This document shows positions 37,536 through 51,368 of a stretch of 64,000 nucleotides of DNA, one piece after another (within the stretch, counting starts at the first letter, position 1; every line of letters begins with the position of its first letter). This DNA comes from Octopus vulgaris (lineage: Eukaryota), in NCBI GenBank assembly GCA_951406725.2, contig OX597829.1:34162001-34226000 (forward strand), read 5' to 3'. Below the pieces are notes generated by a model that saw only the letters and a program-made list of their open reading frames with translations, was not told the DNA's origin and did not search any database. The position numbers and the translations under genes are program-made.

Positions 37536-38573
37536 GATAAAAATTAGGTAACCACTTACATTTGCTGAATTTTAACTAAGTTTACTAAACTATTTTCTTT
37601 ACACATAAATCAAGATTAAAAAAAAACAACTTAAAATAACTAAATATGATTAATTATTTAGAAATTTGTTAATTGTTTATGAACAATTTTACAGGCAAGT
37701 TTTTAAATGCGTAACTTGAAATAAAATGTTCAATTTTATTTATTCATTCCAATTATGAATGTTTAATAATTGAATGCTGCGAGTTAAAATCACCATTTCT
37801 TTTTCAGTATTTGGCTATTTATCATTTTTTTGTTTTAAATAGTTTTGATTTACTGTCAGGTGACTTTTGACCAACCCTGTAAATAGAAGCAGGGGCACAT
37901 TCTTAAATGCAACATTGATGTGAAAATGTCCAGCCACATCAAATCCCAACTATAAGTAAAACTTTTTCTAAAATATAATTTGTTTTGCATCTTACAAGCA
38001 GAGCAGTTAATAATACAAAAAATTAAACCCTCATTCACTTAATATTTTCTGATTTATCACTGAGAAGTCCATTATAGTCCACATTAAATACTTAACTCAG
38101 AAACAGTCATCCTTAAAAATATTTGACTTTTTTAGAGAATTAGATAGTAACTTGATAGTATGTAAATAATGCAATGGATGCAAGAAATGGAAGCTAGATT
38201 GCTAGGATAGTTTGCAATAATTAATTTGTTGTATATAATAATATAAAAAGAGCTGGAGAGTTCCCTAGTGATGGCACCCTGGACAAATGAAAGAAAGCAA
38301 AAGAGAATCAAATGAATGTTGTTCTTGTTGGCTCGTTTCTACATTTTAAAGCCAAAACAGTAAATTTTATAATTTCTCTCTTTTCTATTGCTAATCATGT
38401 GACTCATCAAGACAATGTGTGTTGTAAGATTCATCAGATATTCAACCCCATAAGCTCACAACTTTTATTCTCCCATTGGATTTGTAAATCCGTATCAGAA
38501 AATATGTGAGATGAAAAGTATAGTTTGCTGTCAACTTATAAATATGAAATAACAAAAAAATTGCAGAACTTAC

Positions 38574-38619
38574 TTTCTCCTTAATTTGTTGAAATAGGAA
38601 ATCTTTGCACTGTTTCTCT
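38574..38619 (-). CDS. RWDD4: RWDD4 coding exon 4 (46 nt)
   Basis: (L)EKQCKDFLFQQIKEK; ctacttcag and gtaagt boundaries; phases 2-0 fit the neighbouring exons. Confidence 0.9.
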
Positions 38620-40548
38620 CTGAAGTAGAAAGTAATGTGAGAAAAGACACAACCAACTTATATAGTCTATTGAATAATGATAATGCATGGAAAAGTTATC
38701 TATTCCATATACAAATTAGAAGTAATTAACAAGAATTTTAACACGGGTATACAACAGTATTTGAAAAGAATTTTGGCCAGAGGAAAGCAATTATATCAAT
38801 TAAATTTCATAACTTTTGCAAATGTTTTCTAGGATATGAATACATGCTCTTTCACAATTAGATTTATATGAATTATTATTTTCTTAAGGAAGACTTACAT
38901 CCATAAATTGTAGTAGATGAAATGATTTGTAGAAATACATTTTAGATGGTGTTATAAAAAAAAATGTAGTGTTTAATTAGAGAGTGTTTTTAGCTCTAGG
39001 TGGAATGCAAAAATCTTCTTGTGTTATTTTACATAAAGCTGCAGTTTGAAACATAACTTTTGATGTATTTCAAAACAATTTTCTACATAATTTAAACAGA
39101 TTTCTAGGATTTATTTTCTTGGAAGATCATTCAATAATATCAATAATTTCATTTACAAAGTATTTTAAATAGAAAATGCTTCTGTAGCTAAGAAGCAAAC
39201 ATTGAACAAGCTTTAAAATGAGGTGTGTATTTTAATAAAGAACATTAACCCTAATGGTTATTCTTTAATCAAATTTAATACTTTTCTTGAAATTTATTTT
39301 GCATGAGGAACAAAAAAAATTAGTTAACAAAAAGAATAATCTATTCAATGCAGCGAAAAATCAGATTAAAGTTTTTTAACCTCTAATGATCTGCATAATC
39401 ATATTCTTTTATTCTTTTACTGCTTTCAGCCAGAGGCTGGGGCCATACTGAAGCACCACCTTTAAAAATTAAATATTGGTTTCAAATTCTGGCACAAGAT
39501 GGTAATTTTAGGGGAGGAGGGGTATATTGATTACATTGACGTCAGTGATCAACTGGTACTTATTTTACCAACCTTGAAAGAATGAAAGACAAAGTTAATC
39601 TTGGCAGAATTTGAATTCAGAATGTAAAGATGGAAGAAGTGCCGCTAAGCATTTTGCCCAGTGTGCTAATGACTCTGCCAGCTCGTGTAGATTTTATAAT
39701 TATACATAATAATGATGTACATTAAATTAAGTTTTATACTTAATGGTAACAATTGGTAATTGTTTGACATATCTTTTTGTTTTGTCTAAATGGCAACAGT
39801 TTCATGTAGATAATTTTAGCATTGAAATATATACATACACTACATGAAGAAATCCATGTTCACATATAGCTGATCTTTAGCTGCACAGAACATCAAACAG
39901 TAAGTTTGTATTCTGAATATAGGGTACACAGAACTAATTACTTACACATTTAATTTGCAAATGCTAAGTAACTCGAAAAGATTGATTTACATATTGTATG
40001 CTGAACTGTCAAAAGTCTAATGAAAATTAATATAATATTTTAAATATTCTGCAGAACACACCCATACAAATACCTAATATTTAAAATCTATGAAGAAATC
40101 TTTGTTATTTAGCAAATGACTCTTATTCTATGATAAACAAATAGTTATTTACTTTTTTATTTAAGCTCAAGATCAATTGTTAAAGAGGAATATAGTTGAT
40201 TCAATTGACTGCAGATGGAATAAAAGTAAAGTCAACTCTAGAAGGATTTAAACTCAGAAAGTAGAAGAATGTAATTAGGTACTATCATTTGGAATAATTC
40301 TCAACTGCTTCTGCCATTTTGTTATTTAAACATCTTTAGCAAATATTATGAGGATATATAACAACTATTTTACACAAATGGTAGGCAATTTTCAGAAAAG
40401 CACTTCATCTTAGAATATGAAAAAATATACAAAAACGAAAATTTCATTTGTATATTGATACACAAATGTAGTGATCTAAGATTACATGTAAATGAAATTA
40501 AATGTTTTCTTTGGTCACAAGAGTATACAAAAATTCTTAGTTACTTAC

Positions 40549-40658
40549 AAATGATTATTATAAAAAGCATCCAAATTAATACAGGGAACTTCATCAGGGT
40601 ATTTTTCTCCCCAACTGATTTCAATCAATAGGGAATGAGATGTTCCATCTTCACCACA
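40549..40658 (-). CDS. RWDD4: RWDD4 coding exon 3 (110 nt)
   Basis: CGEDGTSHSLLIEISWGEKYPDEVPCINLDAFYNNH contains the RWD YPxxxP motif. Confidence 0.95.
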
Positions 40659-42844
40659 CTAAAGTAAGAAAAAAAAAGAGAGCTAAAGAGATACTGTTTG
40701 AAATAAATTGGCTGTGAGATTAAGTTGCTTGACTTAATTTTGATTACAAAATTATATCTTTACAAAGAGAAACTACCATATCGAAGGAGATTGTTACTTG
40801 CTTCAATTCAGCTCTAGACAAAAGTTTACAAAATTATCTAAAGTATAGCATAATAATTACTAATTATAATATTTAAATATATTTATATATAATGTTTTTT
40901 TAAGCATAAAGCAAGCACTATCTGATCAAATATGACAAACGCTTAACACTCAGTCTATTAAAGGTGCGGGTATCTTTTTTGGGAAGTGGGCTACATGAGA
41001 CATACATACCTCATCATCAAGTAGGCTACACTACTAAAAAATATCAAGGCCATTTAGAAAGTCCAGCAGGCTGCAGGTTGTCCATGACCAGTTTATTACT
41101 TAGAGATTTTTGTTGTCATTGTCATCACCATATGTCACTCTTTCCATGCTGGCATGGGTAGCTTGAATTACAATTCACTTTGTAAGAGATTATTTTTTCT
41201 TCTCATTTTCAGCAGTTTATTTTTACTACTAGTCTTTTTTATTTCCTCTTGCTCATTCTTATGAGCATTTTTTGCTTTTGCTATTCTATTCCTTTATCCC
41301 AGTACTTTCAATGATACAGCTATTGGTTTAAAGCAATTGTGATATGCAGCTGAAATAGTTTGTTGAAATATTTATGTATACAGAATGATATTGGATAATT
41401 ATGGACACTAGTTTAGTTATGCTGACAAAGAAGAGAGCGAGGCCAGTTGATTACATTGATCCCTGGATATTTATAGACTTGAAGGAGGTTTGTCAAGTAA
41501 AAGCAGTGTGGAATTAGTTCAATGCAAAACGAGCAGCATAGGCCAAGGCTTTCTTTGCTCACAGAAATATATATGCTGCGCAGTGGAGAGAAAGCAGATT
41601 CTGCAAAGTTGGTAGAAATACTTTTAACAAAGGACCTAAAGGCTTGGTTGTAATTTGGAAGGTATGATAGCCTGAAAGCTGTACAATGCACAAAGTCATC
41701 TTTTATGGATCAGATACTAGTTTGTGGATGTACTGTCGAATATAGACCACCCATAGGGTAGTTGGGTCATTGGGATTTTGTTGTATGCAGGATGTGAAGG
41801 GATATCCCTAAAAGGATTGTTTCAGTCACTTGTGTAGAAGAATATTTTCCTGCCCTTGTGTATATTTACTGTTGAGATGAATTAACAAGCTAACTGACTG
41901 GAGAAATCTCAAGAGTGTTACATAAGTAATGAAAAAACATAATAAGGACAATAATTAGACTATTAAAATATCTGAAATGAGTCGAAGCCATTGTTATTAA
42001 GATTATAATTTTCTAATTTGTTTTAATGCTATATTTAACATATGTAGCTGGATATGTATATGACCCTGGAGAGCTTGAAAATAGGGGTTCATAGTTTGAG
42101 CTATGAATCCCTATTATAGACATTGTAAGATGAAGTTAATAGTCAGTAATATCATAAACTTAACAACTAGAATATTGCCAAATAAGAAACTATTTTGTAT
42201 ACTAGGCAACTACAAGTAGATGTTTAACCATAATAGAATAGAGCTGATGTAAAGGTGTTCCAGCTGATATGTGTCCATTTTCCTTGTATATCTAGAACTG
42301 TCCAATTCATCTTCATTTTTTGAAGGCATCTCAAAGAGATTTGGTTGCTATTACTTGCAAATTGAGCAACCATTTTGCTTTTACAACTTGGTATTTTCAA
42401 TGAAGATAGAAAATGTGAATGTGAGAAATATGAATGCAACATGGGATTTGCACCATTCATACATTTACCAAGTACATTAGAGATGCGAAGTTAATTAAGA
42501 TTGGACATAAACTTCAAACTCCATGTTTGCCACTTCTTAATTGGGTAACAAAAGTTGCGCATAATAGTCGCAAATCAAAACCTGCCGTTATTACAAAGAG
42601 TTGTAAATTAAGAATGTAAATAGTCTAACAAGAGGCACAAATTTAACTATGCATGTGTAAAATGACTGCCAGGAAGAATTGACATATAAAGTAAATGCCT
42701 TTTTAATTTCCTGGCTATTCTTGCAAGTACACAACTAGAAATACTGTCTTTAAATTCATTGTCCTGGTATAAGCACTGAAACTTGTGTTTACCTATTCAA
42801 AATTTCCCTGCAAAGTTAAACATGTTGCCAATAGATATAATTAC

Positions 42845-42925
42845 CTTATACTGAAAGGTTGTATCACTAATTTTTTTAAAACAGTCATCTCCAACATAAA
42901 TGGATTCCAAGACTTCGAGCTCCTC
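42845..42925 (-). CDS. RWDD4: RWDD4 coding exon 2 (81 nt)
   Basis: EELEVLESIYVGDDCFKKISDTTFQYK is RWD helix 1; phase 0-0. Confidence 0.95.
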
Positions 42926-43160
42926 CTAGAAAGCAATAAATAAAAAATATTTACAAGAATGTTAATACAAAATAAAGATTGTCATTAAAAATTATTAAAT
43001 GTTATTTAACACATTTTGGTTTAAAGACTATCAACAATTTAAAAGTGGAATTTTTTGAAATTATATACTTATTCAAAATAGCATATATGTGATGAGTATT
43101 AAAAATGCATTTACTTGTAATCCATTTCAAGTTATATTTAGCAATCAAATTTCTATTTAC

Positions 43161-43184
43161 CTGTTGTAGCTCTAGATAATTCAT
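43161..43184 (-). CDS. RWDD4: RWDD4 first coding segment MNYLELQQ (exon 43161-43223)
   Basis: Acceptor ttttttcatttcag at 43224, in-frame upstream stops, ATG at 43184, donor gtaaat. Confidence 0.85.
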
Positions 43185-44869
43185 ATTTAATCATTATTAG
43201 AAAGTATCCACTCATGGAAGAAACTGAAATGAAAAAACATAAATGGAAGTATATGTTATATGCTAAATGACAAACTGAAGAAAACAAAAATTATTATTAT
43301 TAAAGAAATAAGATTTCAAATCAGAATTCTCTTCCTACAAAAGGGGAGATGATGTCCAGCAAGATGAAATACTTTTTAAAGAGATTCCCACATCATAGCT
43401 TGCTTACTTTCCAGATTTGTTAGTCACACATGTAGAATAGTATATAGCATTCTATATTAAATTGGGGGCACTTAGAAGAAAATCATATATTTTTAAATGT
43501 ATGCCATCTTTTATACTGTTTTGCTGTGGAGTCTCTACATAGCTGTAAAAGGCAGACAAATCTCCCTCAAATCACACAACCACCTTAAAAAGGGAAGCTG
43601 ATATTGTCATAGATATACAAAAAGATATGCCATTCAGCAAGAGTCTAACTTTTGGGACAAATATTATCAACAGCTTTTATGATAAATACTTAGGAACAGT
43701 TTGGAGTTTGAAAGTAGCAATTTTTTAATGTAAAGGAATTTAAGTTCACTAGACATTATTAGTAAATAACTTCTACTGGTCAACAAGTAACATTGGGAAA
43801 AATATATTAAATTGAATTCTATAGAATAGTAAAACATAAAATGTGATCATAAAAAAGGCTGTTGATGTAATTCTAATAGATACATAAGTATATTCTTTTA
43901 TTTGTTTTATGACCATTTCCCTTACGAAGCATGGATTGGATGAGAGTTTCACAACCTGAGGCCCTTCTTGTTGCAAGCAAGGGTTTTTATTCTACATCAA
44001 TGAAAGTGCATAGCTATCAAATAATTTGTTGAAGAAGAATTATTAAATTTCAACTGTTGTAGCTCACTTGTGTGCAGAATGTAAACATACACACAGACAG
44101 ATGTGTATGCACAAACATGAACATACCAGGCTTTGCATAATTTCACTCATGAAGAATTGGTCAGCCTGGACTATAAGAGAAAAATCTATTCCAGGGGCCA
44201 TGCAGTGGAAATGAACCAAAAACCCTAAGGATGAGAAGTGAACTTCTTAACCAAACTGCCATGCCTTTGATATTTATAATGTTTGATCATCTTTTACAAA
44301 CTAGATAAAAATTTTGGACTTTATGTATTACACAGACACACCTGAGAGAAGTCGTTATCAAATTAATAAAGCCCACAAAAATAATACTGATACATGAAAA
44401 TAAAAGCAGGAATACAAAAATAAAAATAAATATAACAACTTTATTTTAGAAATCAGGTCATATTGTTATTTAAGGTATAAAAATATAGATAGAATAAAGT
44501 AACCTTATCTCAGAAGTCAGAACATGACATCAAGGTCTAACCCCTTATTTTGTATCTCCCCCACTCACCTCTCTCATTATCTTTTAAGGTCTTTTGTCTA
44601 AATCTGTCATCCAGTCACTTAAAGATTATAAATTAAGCATAATTGCTTTGTCTTTTAGAAACTGTACTGAATATTATTATACCCTTTCCTCTAACTTTTC
44701 AACTGCTATAAATACTCCCCTTATCCCTTCCTGTCACCGTAATGTTTTTCCTATATTGACAACTAACCAGAGCAAGTTAATTCATTCTTTTAACTATTAC
44801 TAGTCAGGGAATCACAAAGTGGTATAAACTGGTGACTTTTGGAATGTTTTAAATGTGTAAATTGTGTAT

Positions 44870-44957
44870 ATTCACCTGATGAAAACATTTTTTTTTCACA
44901 TGACATAATATCCCTGATCATCAATTAAAAAATTTGTTGGAAACAGCTGTAGTGAAT
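44870..44957 (+). ncRNA. Type I hammerhead ribozyme motif, canonical core
   Basis: attcac-CTGATGA-aaaca...tgttg-GAAAC-agct-GTA-gtgaat. Confidence 0.8.
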
Positions 44958-45332
44958 GAACCATTATCCATCTATTATTATCATTATATATTAGTAACTT
45001 CATTTGGAACCCCTACTTCTACCTGGAATTCTTCGCTATACTCATTGCCAACTGCATTCTTTTTGTTTTGCTTGTTTGGGCACATGTGTGTATGTATGTA
45101 CTCTGCAGCTATGTGTATGCATGTGTGCACATTTGTATGTATGCATTCTGCATATCCATGTGCTTGTGTGTTCATGCTTATGTTTGTGTTTTTGTATACG
45201 TGTGTGTGTGTATCTGTGCACACCCCTGTCTCCTTGTGTGTGCCTGTGTATGGGTTTGTGTGACTATATAAACTGTGGGTATTGGGGTATGACACCTATG
45301 TATATTTCCTATTTAGTACTGGGGATGTTTCA

Positions 45333-45930
45333 TTAATGAGGTTGTACTCCTGTATTCATCTGAGTGTTGGGCCCTTGGATAAAATGTGGGTACCAAGTTG
45401 ACCCAGTGTGCCTCCATGTTGGTAGAGTATGGAAGATTGTTTTTTTGTTGTCATATTGTCTCAAATGTTCATTTAGTCTCTCTGCAATGTTTCTAGATGT
45501 TTCACCTATATATATTACGTTCTTGTCTTTACAAGCACCCGCTATGCACCTTATGTTGTACACTACATTTCTAGTTCTACAGTTAATACTAGAGTTAATC
45601 TTACATACCAAGCAGTTATCATTGGTGCATGTCCTACATAGTTCTGATCTGATGGAGCTCTCTGGCTTTTCGACGATCTTAATGTTGAGTTTAGCTTCTT
45701 TCAGAGCTCTCCTAAATCTATGGGCTAGTTCTCCATGGGTTGTGGCCTCTACAAACATCACTCCTTGATATTTGTCAATCTTGTACCACGTGTTCACTCT
45801 GCTTTGTCACAACCTCTTTGTATCCTATTCCAGTCTTTACTTCTATATCTATATCTAGGGCAGGTACTATTGGTTTTCATTACTTATAATGCTATCTAAC
45901 TTCTTTCTAGACCCTGTATACCCGAACCCT
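45333..45930 (-). mobile_element. Penelope-like element GIY-YIG endonuclease remnant
   Basis: FVEATTHGELA..KIVEK..CLVC..NVVYNIRC..C..YIGETSRNIAERLNEH. Confidence 0.88.
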
Positions 45931-46119
45931 ATCTTTCTGAGCATATCCAGAGAATTGCATTCAGTGCATGAATTTCTGTACATTTCTTTGTTTCATAGGG
46001 TTTGCATAGTGGGGACACATTGTTCATTATCCTAAATAGGTCTGCTATCTGTATGTTGATTTTCATGTGTAACAAAGCTGAGTTCTTGTAACCAACATAT
46101 TTAGAATCCAAACTACATA

Positions 46120-46790
46120 GTAGTGAGACATGTGCTGTGATATGCAATGGCTTGAAAGAAATGAAGCCAGAATGCTTCGCTGGATGGATAATGTCAGTGT
46201 GCATATATAACAGAGTATAAGTGATTTAAGAAAAAACTGGGTATATAAGGTATCAAATGTAGTGTGCTGGTATGGTCATGTAATGCATATGAATAAGGAC
46301 AATTGCATCAAAAGCTACTGATCTCTAATTGCAGAGGAAACATGTGGAAGGGGTAGACCCAGGAAGATGTGGGACAAAGTGGTGGGGAAAGATCTATGGA
46401 CACTAGGAATCACAGAGAGGATGACAGAGGACTGTAACTCCTGGCGGTTTGTTGTGCTTGAGAAGACATCAGGATAAGTGAAAGCATGGTTGTTCTTGCA
46501 TACAGGCTTATCTCCTGCATCTCTCTCCAGTCGATCATCCTTAATCTTGAGGGCTTATGGGTGCTGGTACTACATAAAAAGCACCCATACCAGTGCCACA
46601 TAAACACTCCTGTGCTGGTGCTGCATAGAAGCACCCAGTACACTCTGTAAAGTGATTAGCATTAGAAAGGGCATCCAGCCATAGAAACTATGCCAAAACA
46701 GACATGGAGCCTGGCAGTTCTTCAGCTCCTGTCAAACTGTTCAACACATGCCAGCATGGAAAATGGATGGTAAATGATGACGACGATGAT
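46120..46790 (+). mobile_element. Decayed RTE 3' fragment with (GAT)n tail
   Basis: WYGHV, GRGRPRK and gccagcatggaaaatgga..gatgacgacgat. Confidence 0.8.
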
Positions 46791-47879
46791 TGGTCTTCTC
46801 AAGCACAGTGAATCACCAATCATCTCAATACTTTGTCATCTCCTCCACAAAGCTTCACTACTTTGTTTTCCCAGGTCTCCTTCCACAAGTTCCATCCAAT
46901 TTAGTGAAGAGCATTTCTTTATATAACTTCTTATATATATATATATTAGTGGTAATACCCTTCGTTGATCAGGTAATTACTTTTACTGTCTCTCGGGAGC
47001 CACAAGAAAAAAATATGTAATAACTGAACTAGAAAAAAAAATGAATTTCATACTTGAACTTCTGTTTGTTTATTATATGACAATAATATGTACCATTGCA
47101 TAATTTTTGTTGAGACAAATAACATAATAGCTTCCCTTGAACCATTTACTTTCATTTTGGCAGATAAACAAACTACAAAAAAACCCCACACAACCACAGA
47201 GTCTCTCTTATATATATATATTTAAAAGAAGAGAAAGCATAATAGTTTCCCTTGAACCATTTACTGTCATTGTGGAGAACAAAAAACAGACAGAATCTTT
47301 CTTTTATAGATATAGATATATATGCATCACAGTCTTCTCTCTTACATTACATCTGATTCCTCTTATACATAATTTTTCCCTCAACACATTTGCACTTTGT
47401 CACCTAGGCATTCCTACATTGCATCTTCAACAGAACACACTAGCTTCATTTCTTTCTAGTCTTTGAATATCCTCTACATTCACAGTTCATGTTTCAATAC
47501 CATGTAGCATCGTTATCTATACACAAATATCATATAGTCTGTTTTTAATGCTGAGACCTCTTGTTACCAACAGAACTTATAGCTCTGTAAACTGTCTCTA
47601 ACTTATTCATATTCTAGTAATTATATTTCCTGAGCATCTTCCTCAACACCTAGGAAATAAAGACTATCTACAACTTCTAGGGAGTCTCCTAAACATTTGA
47701 GAATATCTATTTTGCTTGTGTTCTTAATGTTTATTGTCCGTATGCATCAGCCAGATACAAACTCTACTGTTACTGATAATATTCCTGTGATTCCACTGCA
47801 CTATTTGCATGTTCTTAGTTTCCACCAGGTAGACAAGGAATCAAATGTAGTGTGCAAGAGAGAAGACTGCACTGGCTAT

Positions 47880-48674
47880 TTTTCTTTGATTGCTACCTCC
47901 GGTTTCATTGTTCCTTGGAAGCAGCTCAAAATGCACAAACCCTTTGTAATGCCACCAAATTGACAGCATAATCATTTTTGATGCAATTCAGCTTTCAATG
48001 TGGTTAGCGCTGGTTCAGTAGGCTTGGACCATGATCGTTTTCAATTGTTGCTATTGTAGGAAATCCATTTTTCATCACCCGATTTCATTGTATTTGAGAT
48101 GCATATCACAAATATTAATTTGTTGTGTTAAGTGAATCTCTTTCAATTTATGTGGAACCCAGATATTGAGCTTCTTAACAAGTCCAACACATTTTAAGTG
48201 ATTCTCAATTGTTGCATGTGGTACATTTAACCTCTCTGCAATCTCTCACACAATTACATGACAATCAGATTCAATTATGGTTCTGATTCAGTCATCTTCA
48301 GTAGGTCAACCAGAATGTCGGTCATCTTTGAGTGAAAAATTTTCAGAACAGAATTTTAAAAATCATTCTGACATGTGTGTTCTGTTAAGCAATGAACACA
48401 TAAACTTCACATATTTTTTTGTGAGCCCCAGCAGTTTTCTTTCCTTTACAGAAATAAAAAAAAGCAAAACATGGTAAAAATGTTCGTTTTTGCACTCCAT
48501 GTTGAAACTGACACTGAACTAACAGCTGTAAACAAAATTACGTGCAATTTGCTTCTAAAGTAAGCTAAAAGTACAAATGTCAAAAGGTAAAAATGGTAAC
48601 ACTGACAACAGTCATTCAAAAGAAATCGCAACTCTATTTATGAAAAACGAAATTACTTTCTTGCCAACCCAATA
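47880..48674 (-). mobile_element. Mariner remnant
   Basis: TIR TATTGGGTTGGCAAGAAAGTAATT at the right end; GDEKWI-like remnant near 48065-48080. Confidence 0.7.
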
Positions 48675-48779
48675 TATACACACGACAGATGTAAACAGAC
48701 ACCCTTATAACCATTAAAATTTATTTAAATTTGAAATTATACATTCAAATTATTTATTATAATGTAAATATTTAATATT

Positions 48780-49050
48780 AAGTAGACATGCCCTTTGCAT
48801 TTTTAAATGCAAGGATCCTATTAGACATGATCAAATGGTGAATATTCTCCTGAGGAATTTCTTGTCAAGTTTCATGCAGTAATCTCAAAATATCTGGCCT
48901 TGAAGACGTCTTCTTGTTCTTGTTATGAAGTGTCCTATCCATTATGTCCCAGAGGGGTTCAATGAGATTCATATCTGGTGACTGGTTTGGCCATGGAAGC
49001 CTTTTAATGCCATTCTCATCCAACAAACTGTGGGTCATTTTAGCCCTGTG
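48780..49050 (-). mobile_element. Tc1 transposase C-terminal fragment
   Basis: GAPCHRAK...WPNQSPDMNLIEPLWD. Confidence 0.85.
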
Positions 49051-49054
49051 ACAG

Positions 49055-50000
49055 GGAGCCCCCACCAGGGATCAGTTCTTAGTCTACTCCTGTTCATTGT
49101 AGTCCTCCAGCCTATAACAGAGGAATTCAAAACTGGATTCCCATGGCAACTGTTATATTCTGATGGTCTTGCTCTTATTGCAGAATCTGAAACAGAATTG
49201 GAGAAGTTCCAGGTTTGGAAGAAAAACCTGGAATCAAAGGGCCTTAAAGTTAACTTAACAAAGACTAAAGTTGTGGTTAGCAAGAAAGCAGATAAGACTA
49301 TCTCCTTGAGGAAAATGATCAATATGTAGGAATGAAGTGGAACATAATTCCATTTGTTGCAATGGACACCTAAGAGATGCAGTGGAATCGCAGGTAGGTT
49401 AGCAAATAAGGTCCACTTTCATGTGTGGCAGAAACAATAAGCACTAAGAGCACATGGGACTTAGACTCTCTCAAATGCCCAGGAGGCTCTCTTGAGGTAG
49501 TAGATAGTTCCTGTTATTTAGGTAACCAAATTAGTAACAGTGGTGGATGCTCTGAAAGTATTGTTTCTAGAATAAGAATAGGATGGAGGAAGTTCAGAAA
49601 GCTACTACCTCTGTTGGCAACAAAAGGACTCTCTGATAGAAAGGTAAATTTCATGATGCTTGTGTGAGAACTGCTACATTACTTGGCAGTGAGATATGGG
49701 GTCTGAATGCAAAGGACATGTGTAGACTGGAGAGGAATGCTCCATTGGATTTGCAACATCAGTGTGCATGACTGACAAAGCACAACTGTGTTGAGAGAAA
49801 AGTTAAGCATAAAAGGGATTAAATGTGGTATGTATGAGAGGAGAATGTATTGGTCACTGAAAGTGGTTGGTTCCTGTGGAAGAAGGAGACCTAGGAAGAC
49901 ATGGGATGAAGTGATAAGGACCAATCTCAGGATGTTGGGGCTCACAGAGGAAACGACAATGGACTGAGATGTTTAGTGATATGAGGTTCTAGAGAAGATC
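49055..50000 (+). mobile_element. Decayed RTE fragment
   Basis: HQGSVLS, EEFKTGFPWQLLYSD and LEVVDSSCYLG. Confidence 0.85.
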
Positions 50001-50375
50001 TGCCCACATCAGTGAAACAATGCTAGAAGCATTGTGTCCCACTCACATGTAACAAACTTTTCACACACCCTACCCCAAGAAACTGAATTAATCTCCCCCT
50101 CTAAACTGCATATTTCACAGTTCCCTTCAGTCCCATAAAGCATCTGTGGGTAAGCAACAGCTAGTGGAGATGGTGAGTAGGTATACTTGAAGGAGTGAAA
50201 AGATTCTTTTTAGCCAACAGGTAGCCTTCAGTGGTGGCCAAAATATAGGGCACATCTTGGCAATATATACATAAACCTTATTATCATAAATACATGCAAA
50301 CACACACACACACACACATAAGCACATTCATAAGCTATCCACGTGCTTGTCTGATTATCTTCTGATTCTCCATTT

Positions 50376-50425
50376 CTATTACCCCTTTTTCCTATTTTCC
50401 AGAAAATAGGAAAAAGGGGTAATAG
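50376..50425. repeat. Perfect palindrome, 24-bp arms, 2-nt spacer
   Basis: ctattacccctttttcctattttc-ca-gaaaataggaaaaaggggtaatag. Confidence 0.95.
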
Positions 50426-50884
50426 ATAGCCTCTGTATATCTGACAAAGGGCTATGCTTAAAATGTAGTATTTTTACTCTACTCTTTTAAACTTTTTTCC
50501 CCGAGTGTCTAATTAATATTTGCTGTGGACATCCACTAGATTTTTGGTTTTTGTGTTTGAATTTGTCATTCATTATTGTGTGTTTGCTTATGTGTGCATG
50601 TTTCATATATGAAAGCAGAATTAGGGGTTTGGAGAGATGCACAAGGTCAAGGGGGTCAGACAACATAAGCACTAGTGGTTGGAACCAAAGTAATTTGGAA
50701 AAATAAAAAAATGGAGTTGGATATTCCGAGTAAATGTTACATAGTCACTTATTAAATGTTATTACAGATTTCTTTTTTGAATTGCTGAAGATCCTAATTT
50801 TTTGAAGTTATTACACTAGTCTCATAAGTCTGTTATCTTTCAGTTTCCGTCGTGAAATTGTGAAGAAATTTTATTTGAATGAAT

Positions 50885-51368
50885 CAACCCTAGTACTTAT
50901 TTTTTTAAAGCCTAGTACTTGGTCTATCAATCTCTTTTGCTAAAGCACTAAGTTACGGGGATGTAAACATACCAACAGCTGTTGTCAAGTGGTGGTGGGG
51001 GGGTCAAACACAGATAAAAAGACACACACACACGATATTTTTTCTCTCTCCATTTTTCCCCCTTTCAATCCTTTCTGTCGAAGATCATAGGCTTGAAACG
51101 TCAAAGACTTTTCCATTTTCCCCGAGCGATAAACTAATACACCTGTTTGTTCCTTCACGTGTCTTCGTTTTGTTTTTTTCCTGCAAATTTGAACTATATA
51201 TATATATACACACACAACAGGTTTCTTTCAGTTTCCGTCTAACAAATCCATTCACAAGGATTCGGTCGACCCGAGGCTTTCGTAGAAGACACTTGCCTAC
51301 AGTGTCACGCAGCGGAACTGAATCCGGAACCATGTGGTTGAGAAGCAAGCTTCTTACCACACAGCCAT
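50885..51368 (-). mobile_element. tRNA-derived SINE interrupted by a Penelope-like pLTR fragment
   Basis: Head TGGCTGTGTGG at 51368; same family as 54101-54482; hammerhead-like motif at about 51072-51108. Confidence 0.75.
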
